NCBI GenBank assembly: GCA_035444565.1
Contig: DAOMOX010000002.1
Span: forward strand, 105,335-169,334
From: Candidatus Dojkabacteria bacterium
GTDB taxonomy: Bacteria; Patescibacteriota; Dojkabacteria; B142; OLB20
DNA: 64,000 bases
Direction of reading: 5' to 3'
The notes below the pieces were generated by a model. It was not told the DNA's origin. It made no database searches and saw only the letters and a program-made list of their open reading frames with translations. Both the position numbers and the translations under genes were made by a program. Of the stretch, positions 41,201-48,185 are shown one piece after another. The stretch's first letter is position 1, and each line of letters opens with the position of its first letter.

Positions 41201-41409
41201 CGTATCACAAAATTTTTGTAAACGAAAGTACTGCAGAAAGCTCAGATATATCAATACCGCCTACAACCTCTAAAATCAAGCGCAATTCAGAAACAAAAGT
41301 AACGGATAATACAGGGATACCGCTTTCAGAAGAAGTGTATTTACATCATCAAGAGGATAAAACGAAGGCACCAACGGCAGCAGAAAATTACTGGTTTATG
41401 ATTAGCTGA
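38296..41409 (+). CDS. Large orphan protein (1037 aa) with ankyrin-like N-terminal repeats and a DUF1524-like EHIVPRS motif
   Basis: Repeated ...NAVILAAEKGSLNHL..., ...NIPTHAILGPYRDFIIPLIDF... (ankyrin-like helices). YEIEHIVPRSNTF resembles the DHHIVPRSWG His-Me finger motif of the GmrSD gene at 57814-60090. Confidence 0.4.
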   Translation: MGDLGLDNNRWLIPRLDYLPDVNPWDMFNRERLRVFGEIVDNYFVPQCNFLSYEDTEQDLDYFVQKYPFLLDGQGSLPQLHRKVYELQSNGVSTLTIFDICIEFDCLDKLGQQFLENPPPHLELGLKITNSAEYNLIQQAVTRNHLPQVLNFLNSLIPLKEPEGEEYLKHPTLWLELLGSSSMYRPNAVILAAEKGSLNHLTETIKYLSTIDENRTLNLFENEFQLGMGESNFLHHLLKGKQLHSSLIEMIQQVYSSSTYRLKSLLNQKDFYGNIPTHAILGPYRDFIIPLIDFAYTEDNEGLKLLLEKFGISNLIRTSATSNLLPGLITKTYSDATEILLEYVTPVIHDILRNISITGNLESFEILKLAYSSHPGELFKTFIESESNAELLIHAAQNHHVASAREYIKYIFKDHPDLLQEYLHRPDSNTIAQENDTYQIAFLRYLSSPHDFIPAMEILEQAYLTNDQNGENSQKLSGKNIIQPFLKVASTNPEILTCEVISRFKLILDRSNYTYLISNPDVREVLVNYEIEHIVPRSNTFFRMGIDEQYSGDMARIAVEAYTEYSYFKQVLESYPTILSKVLGTELIVNLGPTENEARSAYDREILDISKKFISLLENHFNIRGNFYIIDESEQDQDIQPTEDLISRLFPTRKHQFFVNEKLITDIFEQPPLTRLGFLARRALLGGDFPDRPEDKALRSIFPEDFTMFYKPDNDYLPIPILPEHWAELALKLSHCTPNLENGSFLDSIQVISGIVDSLKEIAKLSEIPLTDRLLTDIESFAKLLGRYYINTVYATDNTKIKSKEEVDKHPIIIKILDPDDNEDLADFIRYRFAGDPIQDLKLTAQYKHLPSEIGLMAYDPHTTVALLYENRSDVTISLEEEHPMDNDFMDEISKEELRYNIERLAFGYVTITEGTFRTSEEEDARRIIILGDAEMGSYRSNANVAEILLTLARTLKQKTGLDVIISTAYHKIFVNESTAESSDISIPPTTSKIKRNSETKVTDNTGIPLSEEVYLHHQEDKTKAPTAAENYWFMIS

Positions 41410-41721
41410 GATTAATTATAGAATCAAAGCTTTTCTGATATAAGAATCGTTCTATAAATAATTCTTTCATTATCAAGAACTCCCCATTTCAATAAAATAT
41501 TGTTTCCGAATTCAGCATTAATCTAATTAAGAAATATCTCTCCCCCTATGTTTTTAGTCTGAATCAGAGGAAAATCTCAATTCTGGAATAAAAATGGAAA
41601 ATATCATGATTTCCCAAATCAGTTTGAAAAATAACACGTAAGTTAATATAATGTAATTAATCACGAGGGAGAAACGACTGTACTTTTTCGTAAAGTATGC
41701 TACGCCTCCCACTTTTTATAC

Positions 41722-42249
41722 TCAAGCCAATTCCACCTTCTTTCTCTCTCTTTCTAAAAAAACTTTTTCATTTTGGAATCTTTTAAGTAAAGACGATTCA
41801 GATTTACGATTTGGAATAATGATTTTCAACAACTTCCTTTCTCTTTTCAAATATTGGTGTAAACAATAAAAATCTCCATCACCAGACACAATGACAGCTT
41901 GATTATAATTTTCGTATTGGATTATTGCAGAATGCAACACCAATTCTGCGTCGACATTCCCTTTTGGTTTTCCGGAGTGATCTTTTATTGTAGGCTTGAA
42001 AATTAGTTTATAGTCATAACTTCTTAATGCATCATACAACTTCTGATTTTCAGGTATAAATCCTATAAACAGAAAAACCTTCTTAGCCTTAAATTTGTCT
42101 GTTAAATAAATTCGAAACTTTTTATAATCTAATTTCCAACCTGAATATATTCTTTTCTTCCCTCTCTAAATATCTTTACTTGTTCCTAGATTTAGATTCT
42201 GACTGTCAATAAATACGTAAATCTTAGATTTATCAAATTCCCTAATCAT
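41722..42249 (-). pseudogene. NYN/LabA-like (PIN-fold) domain gene interrupted by in-frame TAG at complement 42166-42168
   Basis: MIREFDKSKIYVFIDSQNLNLGTSKDI-[TAG]-RGKKRIYSGWKLDYKKFRIYL...AVIVSGDGDFYCL; same frame on both sides of the amber codon. TAG is used as a normal stop elsewhere (e.g. gene ending 5693). Confidence 0.5.
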
Positions 42250-42321
42250 CAGTGAATCATTAATAACATAAGTTTACACGAGTTTTCTGGATATTTTATG
42301 AATTACCAAATGTATTAATTT

Positions 42322-42492
42322 CCCTGACTTGATCCCGCCTCCGTTACATGGCGGGACGGATCTCTAGGTTATGATTTACCTAAACAAATGTTTGAGAGAG
42401 ATCCCCTCCCGTCATGTTTTAAGACGGGATCGAGGGGAAATATATGAGAGAGATTCCCTCCCGTCATGTTTTTAGACGGGATCGAGGGGAAA
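42322..42492. repeat. Composite repeat element, copy 2 (unit A plus two hairpin B units), upstream of RND transporter
   Basis: ccctgacttgatcccgcctccgttacatggcgggacggatctctaggtt ... 2x gagagatcccctcccgtcatgttttaagacgggatcgaggggaaa. Confidence 0.8.
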
Positions 42493-42585
42493 ATTTGACG
42501 TACTGAATCCTGAATATATCTTTCTGAATTCTCTCTTTTCGCCCATGATATAATTCCTGCTAGCTTAATATTAGTTAATAACACA

Positions 42586-45246
42586 ATGAATAACAACTTG
42601 GTTACGAGATTTAGCGAAATTTTCTTCAAACGAAGTAGACTTACAATTCTACTTATAATTTCAGTACTTTTGCTTGGATTCTATTCATATTCAACTCTTC
42701 TGAAGCGAGAAGGTTTTCCAGTAATCAACTTACCAATTATTGTTGTAAATACCCCTTATCTTTCAGGAGATCCAGCAAAGACCGAAGCTGATATAACTGG
42801 GAAGATTTCCTCGAAAATCACAGAAATTGAAGGAGTAAAGGAAATCCAAACCACTTCCACATCAAATCTATCTTCAATTTTTGTCTCGCTTGATGATGGT
42901 ATCACGACTGCAGATGATGCGAAGGACAAGATTGAAAATGAAATATCAAAACTTAATCTAGAATCAGAGCCTATAATAATAGTTCCGAATGCAGCTCTCG
43001 TGGATGGTCAAAATGATCTTGTTTTTTCAATTTATTCAAAAGACTTAACAATCGAACAACTTCAGCAAAAAGCATTGTTGATTGAAACAGAACTTGAGAA
43101 AAGCGATTTGATAAAAGAGGTTAATATTAAAAATCAAATCACTACAGAGTTCGACTTTGCTACCCAGCAAGAGGTCACAGCAACACGTTCATATGCGAGA
43201 TCACTTGTGAAAAATGATGGCGAACTTGAGGCTTATGACTCACTTGATATTGGTGTTGTAAAGAAAAATACAGATGTAGGAACTATTGAGCTATCCGATG
43301 AAGTGAAAGCAATTGTCGAGAGAAGTTTAGAGAAAGAAGAGTTAGATGGAATTAGCGCACTTTATAGCGCAGATCCAGCAACATATCTCAGAGCGCAGAT
43401 ATCTTCCCTAGAATCAAATGCATTAGCTGCGATGATTACAATTTTTGTCATCTTACTGTTGTTTATAAACCTTCGTTCAGCAATTTTATTAGCATTATTC
43501 ATCCCTCTCACACTCGCATCAGTGTTTTTCATCTTCTCAATCTTCGGCTATACATTAAATACAATTTCATTGTTTGCTTTGATTTTAGTACTTGGGCTTT
43601 TCGTAGATGATGGGACAATCATCGTAGAGGCAATCGACTACTACAAAAGGCAAGGCCAGAAAGGTTTCCAAGCTGTCAGAAGTGCAATTAACGATATTGG
43701 AATCGCCGATATCTCAGGAACACTTACAACAGTTTTAGTGTTTCTTCCACTTGTTTTTGTTACTGGAATTTTGGGAGATTTTATAAAAATTCTTCCAATG
43801 ACAGTGATAATCGCTCTATTAGTTTCTCTATTTATCGCCCTAACAATCCTTCCATTTCTCTCTTCGTTCTTAATCAAAGACTTAGACAACAAGAAGAAAA
43901 GCAAAGAGAACATCCTATCAATCATAGTCAACTTCGTTCCAAAACTTATGATTAATTTCTCTGAAAAAAGTGGAAGAACTGTAAAACAAACATTGGAATC
44001 AAGATATTACCGCTTAGGCTTATTCGCCGTCTCATTAATATTAATTGGTATTGGGGGATACTATGCTAGCCAATTAAAGTTTGCATTCTTCGCACCTGCA
44101 AAAGACTCTGATTTGATTACAATTTCAGTTACGAATAAAATTCCTACTGACATTACGACAGCGAAATCTGCCACAACAGAACTCGAAAAATTAGTTGTTG
44201 ATAATTTCTCGGAAGAAATTCAAGAAATTGCCTACCTCGATGCAAATCAAAGAGGTGCTGAGATTAGAGTTTCTTTGAGTCCAATCACTGAGAGAGACAT
44301 TACTGCTGGGGATATTGTTCGAGAAATTAATGAATTAACCAAAGACAATGAAAGCTTAGTAGTAAGCGCTTCTATCGTTTCTGCTGGACCTCCCGTCGCT
44401 CAGTTTCCATTTGCAATGCAACTTTTCTCCGAAAATCAAACTGTCTTAGAAACAAAGTCTGCAGAGATTGCCGAATTCATAAAATCAACAGAACTTGATA
44501 AAGATGTTCAAGTTGAAGATGTAAAGGTTGATTACACCAAAGAAATCCGAAGAAAAGACAATGAAAGATTTGCCGAAATTAGAGTAAAGTTCAATGATAA
44601 ATACGATAGTGCCACATTATTGGAATTACAAGAAATTATAGAAGGTGAATACAACGGTGAGGACAATTCCGAATTCTCTCTTGGATTTGATTTCGGACAA
44701 GAGAGTGAAAATGCAAACTCCTTTAATTCTGTAGTATTTGCAGGATTAATAGCACTAATTGTTATGTATATTTTATTAGTATTGCAGTTCAACTCATTCA
44801 CACAGCCACTACTGATTTTGGTAGCAATACCATTTAGTTTTCCAATTTTATTCCCTGGACTGTTCTACACAGATAATCCAATGAGTTTCTTCGTTGTGAT
44901 TGGTCTTACCGGTCTGATTGGAATCGTAGTTAATAACACTATCATATTGATAGAATATGCCAACGCACAAAGGAAGTCTGGAAAATCCATAATTGACTCA
45001 ATAGCAGAATCAGTGAGATTGAGGACAAGACCGATTTTCACTACATCACTCACAACCATAGCTGGATTACTTCCTTTGGCACTCACTGAACCATTCTGGG
45101 AGCCATTGGCTTTCACTATCATCTTTGGATTAATCTCCAGTGTGATGATGATTGTCATCGCCTTCCCGGTTTACTACTTCTTTGTGGAATCCGCACGAGA
45201 TTTGTTCTACAAGAATGTTAAGAAGTTTAAGATGAGGGGGTTGTAA
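42586..45246 (+). CDS. RND-superfamily transporter (MMPL/AcrB-like; two TM bundles with large extracytoplasmic loops)
   Basis: 886 aa with hydrophobic clusters at about 270-430 and 720-880 and a duplicated domain layout. Confidence 0.5.
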   Translation: MNNNLVTRFSEIFFKRSRLTILLIISVLLLGFYSYSTLLKREGFPVINLPIIVVNTPYLSGDPAKTEADITGKISSKITEIEGVKEIQTTSTSNLSSIFVSLDDGITTADDAKDKIENEISKLNLESEPIIIVPNAALVDGQNDLVFSIYSKDLTIEQLQQKALLIETELEKSDLIKEVNIKNQITTEFDFATQQEVTATRSYARSLVKNDGELEAYDSLDIGVVKKNTDVGTIELSDEVKAIVERSLEKEELDGISALYSADPATYLRAQISSLESNALAAMITIFVILLLFINLRSAILLALFIPLTLASVFFIFSIFGYTLNTISLFALILVLGLFVDDGTIIVEAIDYYKRQGQKGFQAVRSAINDIGIADISGTLTTVLVFLPLVFVTGILGDFIKILPMTVIIALLVSLFIALTILPFLSSFLIKDLDNKKKSKENILSIIVNFVPKLMINFSEKSGRTVKQTLESRYYRLGLFAVSLILIGIGGYYASQLKFAFFAPAKDSDLITISVTNKIPTDITTAKSATTELEKLVVDNFSEEIQEIAYLDANQRGAEIRVSLSPITERDITAGDIVREINELTKDNESLVVSASIVSAGPPVAQFPFAMQLFSENQTVLETKSAEIAEFIKSTELDKDVQVEDVKVDYTKEIRRKDNERFAEIRVKFNDKYDSATLLELQEIIEGEYNGEDNSEFSLGFDFGQESENANSFNSVVFAGLIALIVMYILLVLQFNSFTQPLLILVAIPFSFPILFPGLFYTDNPMSFFVVIGLTGLIGIVVNNTIILIEYANAQRKSGKSIIDSIAESVRLRTRPIFTTSLTTIAGLLPLALTEPFWEPLAFTIIFGLISSVMMIVIAFPVYYFFVESARDLFYKNVKKFKMRGL

Positions 45247-45302
45247 AAAGTGTGAAATTAAAAGACAGACTCCTCTTCAAAAGAAATCAAGTGCATCAAC
45301 TT

Positions 45303-45478
45303 TCCCTGACTTGATCTCCTCCGTTACATGGCGGTACGGATCTCTAGGTTGTGTATTACCTTAGAAATACTTAGGTAAAACGTTTGTGAGAGATCCCCTT
45401 TTTCAAGGGGAGATGTTGAATTTTTCGTTTACGAGAGATCCCCCTCCCGTCAAGTTTCTAGACGGGACCAGGGGGAAA
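45303..45478. repeat. Composite repeat element, copy 3 (unit A, a truncated B and a full B unit), downstream of RND transporter, same orientation as copy 2
   Basis: ccctgacttgatctcctccgttacatggcggtacggatctctaggtt ... gagagatcccctttttcaagggga ... gagagatccccctcccgtcaagtttctagacgggaccagggggaaat (compensatory extra C/G in stem). Confidence 0.8.
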
Positions 45479-45618
45479 TTATGTTACTAAAGCTGAAACT
45501 AAAATTTTTATTCCCTAATTTTTAAATCTTTCATGTAACGGAACGCAAGGAATTCCTCTTTACTTAGTGATAAGATTCATTCAGATACAAACTAATTCAC
45601 ATTTGTTATAATAAAACA

Positions 45619-45852
45619 TTGAATCTACACATGATGAATCACAATTTCACCATCACAACTTGGCGAGAGGACGACCTCTTTGTGGCCCAATGTTTAGACG
45701 TAGATGTTTCAAGTTTCGGCGCAACCCAAAACGAAGCTTTAGAAAATATAAAAGAAGCTATTGAACTGTATTTGGAAGACGCTAATGATATAGACATCCC
45801 TGAAATTCAAACTCCAGCTATTACACAGACGAAAATTAGCCTAGATGCCTAA
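45619..45852 (+). CDS. hicB: HicB-family antitoxin (UPF0150)
   Basis: FTITTWREDDLFVAQCLDVDVSSFGATQNEALENIKEAIELYLED matches HicB N-terminal fold signature. Overlaps hicA start. Confidence 0.6.
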   Translation: MNLHMMNHNFTITTWREDDLFVAQCLDVDVSSFGATQNEALENIKEAIELYLEDANDIDIPEIQTPAITQTKISLDA

Positions 45853-46051
45853 ACAATATTCCTCAAATGACGTTATATCAACTCTAAAATCTATTGGATT
45901 TGAGTTTATTTCTCAAAAAGGTAGCCATAAAAAATTTAGGAAAGGGAAATTAGTCGTAATTGTACCTTCGGGAAGAAAAGTAATTCCTCTTGGAACTTTG
46001 AGATCTATAAAAAGACAGGCAGGACTTGGAAAAGATATTTTTGCGAGGTAA
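45845..46051 (+). CDS. hicA: HicA-family mRNA interferase toxin
   Basis: LKSIGFEFISQKGSHKKFRKGKLVVIVPSGRKVIPLGTLRSIKRQAGL matches the HicA (YcfA) signature. Confidence 0.7.
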   Translation: MPKQYSSNDVISTLKSIGFEFISQKGSHKKFRKGKLVVIVPSGRKVIPLGTLRSIKRQAGLGKDIFAR

Positions 46052-46065
46052 CTATCAACTCTTAC

Positions 46066-46088
46066 ACTGTCACTCCTGCGAAAGCAGG
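46066..46088. terminator. Stem-loop actcctgc-gaaa-gcaggagt, probable bidirectional terminator
   Basis: Perfect 8-bp stem with GAAA loop 15 nt after the hicA stop. Confidence 0.4.
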
Positions 46089-46091
46089 AGT

Positions 46092-46271
46092 CTAACCCCC
46101 TTCATTCTCCCCAAAAAGCTCGGTCTTCCTTTTCTCTACCAGCTCTACCAATCCTTCCCAAACTTTCTGTACATCCTTATTTATTACAACCTTATTCTTT
46201 ACCTCTACTAACATATCAAACTTTATTTTATGCTTTCTCCAACTTCTACCTTCATCTAGATAGATATTCAT
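46092..46271 (-). CDS. Unannotated 59-aa ORF (MNIYLDEGRSWRKHKIKFDMLVEVKNKVVINKDVQKVWEGLVELVEKRKTELFGENEGG)
   Basis: ATG at complement 46269-46271, stop at complement 46092-46094; fills gap between hicA and HD gene. No known domain. Confidence 0.2.
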   Translation of the reverse strand: MNIYLDEGRSWRKHKIKFDMLVEVKNKVVINKDVQKVWEGLVELVEKRKTELFGENEGG

Positions 46272-46316
46272 GACTGGTAGGATTTTATCGAGGGTATAAA
46301 CAAATTCAGATTCAGG

Positions 46317-46685
46317 CTATTCCTTTTTCTCATACTCGTGAATTAATTTTAATAGTTCAGGAAATTCGCTAAATTCTTTTCCAATTTTTTCTAATGCAAC
46401 TTTCTCTTTCTGGACTTTTAACTCTTTTGAAGCCTTGTCTGCGTAGAAAAATGTGTCCCCTGCATAAATCTCAACCAAATCATGAACTAATGCATACTTT
46501 ATTATTTTATCGATGTCGTATTTCAGTTTCTCTGTGGAAATTATGTACCAGGAGACCATGGCGAGTTGAAAGCTATGTTCAGAATCATTTTCTAATCGAT
46601 TTTCTCCTGTTGCGTAAATTCTCCGCTCAAGCTGATTAAATTTAATTATAAATTCTGAGAAGTTAAGGATTCTTTTGATGTTCAT
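46317..46685 (-). CDS. HD-domain phosphohydrolase (YfbR-like short form)
   Basis: SEHSFQLAM ... ALVHDLVEIYAGD (H...HD...D metal ligands). Confidence 0.55.
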   Translation of the reverse strand: MNIKRILNFSEFIIKFNQLERRIYATGENRLENDSEHSFQLAMVSWYIISTEKLKYDIDKIIKYALVHDLVEIYAGDTFFYADKASKELKVQKEKVALEKIGKEFSEFPELLKLIHEYEKKE

Positions 46686-46753
46686 AATGTTTTATTTATG
46701 AAATACCTTACCATCTTGTAATTTAAAAGTAGGACTCAAGGAAGGTGAATATT

Positions 46754-47080
46754 TTATTGGTTGAGTTTATCACTAATTTCTTTATCCAAACTATCCATCG
46801 TCTCCATAAATACCTTCTCTAAATCAATATCATACTTTTTCGCAATTATGAGAATAGACCAAAGACAGTCCGAGAGCTCATGTGCTAACTTTTCTTGAGA
46901 ATTTTCTATCTCACGTTTACCATTTTGAGCCTGTATGAGTTTTACTAAATCTCCAATGTCACCAACTAATCCCATGGTCAAATCCTCAATTGACCAAGGT
47001 TTACCATACTTATTTGTCTCGAATTGTTCGTATTTTTCTCTGATTTCTAAAGCTCTTTTTTGGATTTCTGTGAGATTCAT
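46754..47080 (-). CDS. MazG-like nucleotide pyrophosphohydrolase (small all-alpha NTP-PPase)
   Basis: LTMGLVGDIGDLVKLI and AHELSDCLWSILIIAKKYDIDLE match MazG EExxE/D motifs. Confidence 0.55.
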   Translation of the reverse strand: MNLTEIQKRALEIREKYEQFETNKYGKPWSIEDLTMGLVGDIGDLVKLIQAQNGKREIENSQEKLAHELSDCLWSILIIAKKYDIDLEKVFMETMDSLDKEISDKLNQ

Positions 47081-47105
47081 TATGATTGATGTTAAATATG
47101 TATAA

Positions 47106-47149
47106 ATCGGGCTGGTGAGACTTCCCTGCTTTCGCAGGGATAAACTACA
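47106..47149 (-). repeat. tRNA 3'-end pseudo-fragment type A (T-stem/acceptor ...TCTCACCAGCCCGA) with conserved TTTATCCC-hairpin-GGGAAG insertion, copy 1
   Basis: Minus-sense GTAGTTTATCCCTGCGAAAGCAGGGAAGTCTCACCAGCCCGAT; identical copy at 47318-47361. Confidence 0.6.
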
Positions 47150-47233
47150 TTTCCTATAGCATCGTAGCCATGCCTACGCTAAAGCTACGGCAGACTCACG
47201 ATTGAGTAATTTCTCACTTCGTTCTAAAACTCA

Positions 47234-47285
47234 ATCGGAGCGACTAGACTTCCCTGCTTCCGCAGGGATAAACTCCCTAGCGACT
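47234..47285 (-). repeat. Pseudo-fragment of tRNA-Pro(GGG) 3' end (T-arm and acceptor) with the T-loop replaced by the conserved hairpin insertion
   Basis: Minus-sense GTCGCTAG[GGAGTTTATCCCTGCGGAAGCAGGGA]AGTCTAGTCGCTCCGAT versus intact gene GTCGCTAG[TTCG]AGTCTAGTCGCTCCGAT. Confidence 0.65.
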
Positions 47286-47317
47286 TAATAACTAATGTAG
47301 TTACACCATTCTTTGCA

Positions 47318-47361
47318 AATCGGGCTGGTGAGACTTCCCTGCCTTCGCAGGGATAAACTAC
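47318..47361 (-). repeat. tRNA 3'-end pseudo-fragment type A, copy 2
   Basis: Same as 47106-47149 with one loop substitution (ttt to ctt). Confidence 0.6.
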
Positions 47362-47374
47362 ATTTTATTTAAAA

Positions 47375-47448
47375 TCGGAGCGACTAGACTCGAACTAGCG
47401 ACCTCACGCACCCCATGCGTGCGTTCTAGCCAACTGAACTACGCTCCG
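47375..47448 (-). tRNA. tRNA-Pro (anticodon GGG)
   Basis: Minus-sense CGGAGCG TA GTTC AGTTGGCTA GAAC G CACGC ATGGGGT GCGTG AGGTC GCTAG TTCGAGT CTAGT CGCTCCG A, followed by TTTT. Confidence 0.8.
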
Positions 47449-47555
47449 CTAAATAAATTATACATCCTGAACTTAATTTTTACTAAATGCTTATCAATAA
47501 CATCATTAATCTGGTAAAATCTGTTACGATCTTTGAATGACCGGAGTTAACCTGT

Positions 47556-47879
47556 GGTGACATGGCCAAGCTTGTCCCGCCAAGGCGGGATGAAGTAAGG
47601 CATGGGTCAATCTTTCTAAGATGACCATATTGAAAAAGGAGATAAAAAACATAGCTATTTTAAAAAAGAATTAAAAGAGAGGAGAATAAACTCACCGGAG
47701 GATTCCTCGGATTAAGTGGTGACATGGCCAAGCTTGTCCCGCCAAGGCGGGATGAAGTAAGGCATGGGTCAATCTTTCTAAGATGACCATATTGAAAAAG
47801 GAGATAAAAAACATAGCTATTTTAAAAAAGAATTAAAAGAGAGGAGAATAAACTCACCGGAGGATTCCTCGGATTAAGT
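47556..47879 (+). repeat. Tandem direct repeat, 2 x 162 bp, each unit beginning with a 5' fragment of tRNA-Cys (nt 1-31) carrying a 25-nt D-loop hairpin insertion
   Basis: Units 47556-47717 and 47718-47879 identical: GGTGACATGGCCAAG[cttgtcccgccaaggcgggatgaag]TAAGGCATGGGTC|aatctttctaag... A third unit would start exactly at the intact tRNA-Cys (47880). Confidence 0.8.
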
Positions 47880-47950
47880 GGTGACATGGCCAAGTGGTAA
47901 GGCATGGGTCTGCAAAACCCTTATCCCGGGTTCGATTCCCGGTGTCACCT
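47880..47950 (+). tRNA. tRNA-Cys (anticodon GCA)
   Basis: GGTGACA TG GCC..GGC A TGGGT CTGCAAA ACCCT TATC CCGGG TTCGATT CCCGG TGTCACC T; U33, A37, no encoded CCA. Confidence 0.8.
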
Positions 47951-47952
47951 TT

Positions 47953-48037
47953 GCCGTGGTGGCGGAATTGGTATACGCGCTGGACTTAAAATCCAGTGGC
48001 CTTAACAGCCTTAAGGGTTCGAGTCCCTTCCGCGGCA
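47953..48037 (+). tRNA. tRNA-Leu (anticodon TAA), class II with long variable arm
   Basis: GCCGTGG ... CTGGA CTTAAAA TCCAG T GGC CTTAACA GCC TT AAGGG TTCGAGT CCCTT CCGCGGC A. Confidence 0.75.
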
Positions 48038-48066
48038 GTTGTTTTAATAATAAATGGTGCTTTTTG

Positions 48067-48133
48067 AAGGGACGAGAAGTTTATCCCGTGAAATTTATGA
48101 AAGAAATTTATACGGGAAGTCCCTTACGCGGCA
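48067..48133 (+). repeat. Pseudo-fragment of tRNA-Leu 3' end with T-loop replaced by a 49-nt insertion of the same family; downstream flank ttgttttaataat also duplicated
   Basis: AAGGG[ACGAGAAGTTTATCCCGTGAAATTTATGAAAGAAATTTATACGGGAAGT]CCCTTACGCGGCA versus AAGGG[TTCGAGT]CCCTTCCGCGGCA in the intact gene 30 nt upstream. Confidence 0.65.
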
Positions 48134-48185
48134 TTTGTTTTAATAATCCAGCAAATCCCGAATACTGAATTTTGAATTATTTAAC

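Noticed and set aside
42166-42168. Amber codon as evidence of stop-codon reassignment (Pyl or readthrough code)
   Set aside because: TAG is used as the terminator of well-supported genes in the same window (e.g. 3765-5693 ends in TAG, and the 5' ORF of the NYN gene itself would otherwise run on). Pseudogene or sequencing error is the simpler explanation.
42397-42492. Possible CRISPR array (repeated ~45-bp units gagagatcccctcccgtc…gacgggatcgaggggaaa at 42397-42492, 45367-45478, 8384-8497)
   Set aside because: Only one or two units per locus. Each unit is itself a long hairpin, larger than typical CRISPR repeats. Spacing is irregular, there are no cas genes, and the units are always accompanied by unit A. 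Interpreted as a MITE/structured-repeat family instead.
42369-42629. 86-aa minus-strand ORF
   Set aside because: Covers the composite repeat hairpins and the RND transporter start region. Translation of repeat DNA.
47106-47361. Reading units A (gggctggtgagact…) as plus-strand tRNA 5' halves
   Set aside because: No D-arm can be formed after the putative acceptor. The minus-strand reading aligns base-for-base with the T-stem/acceptor 3' strand of the adjacent tRNA-Pro(GGG) (unit B), so the 3'-fragment interpretation is preferred.
47878-48168. 96-aa ORF in supplied track
   Set aside because: Entirely overlaps tRNA-Cys, tRNA-Leu and the Leu pseudo-fragment. Spurious translation of tRNA DNA.
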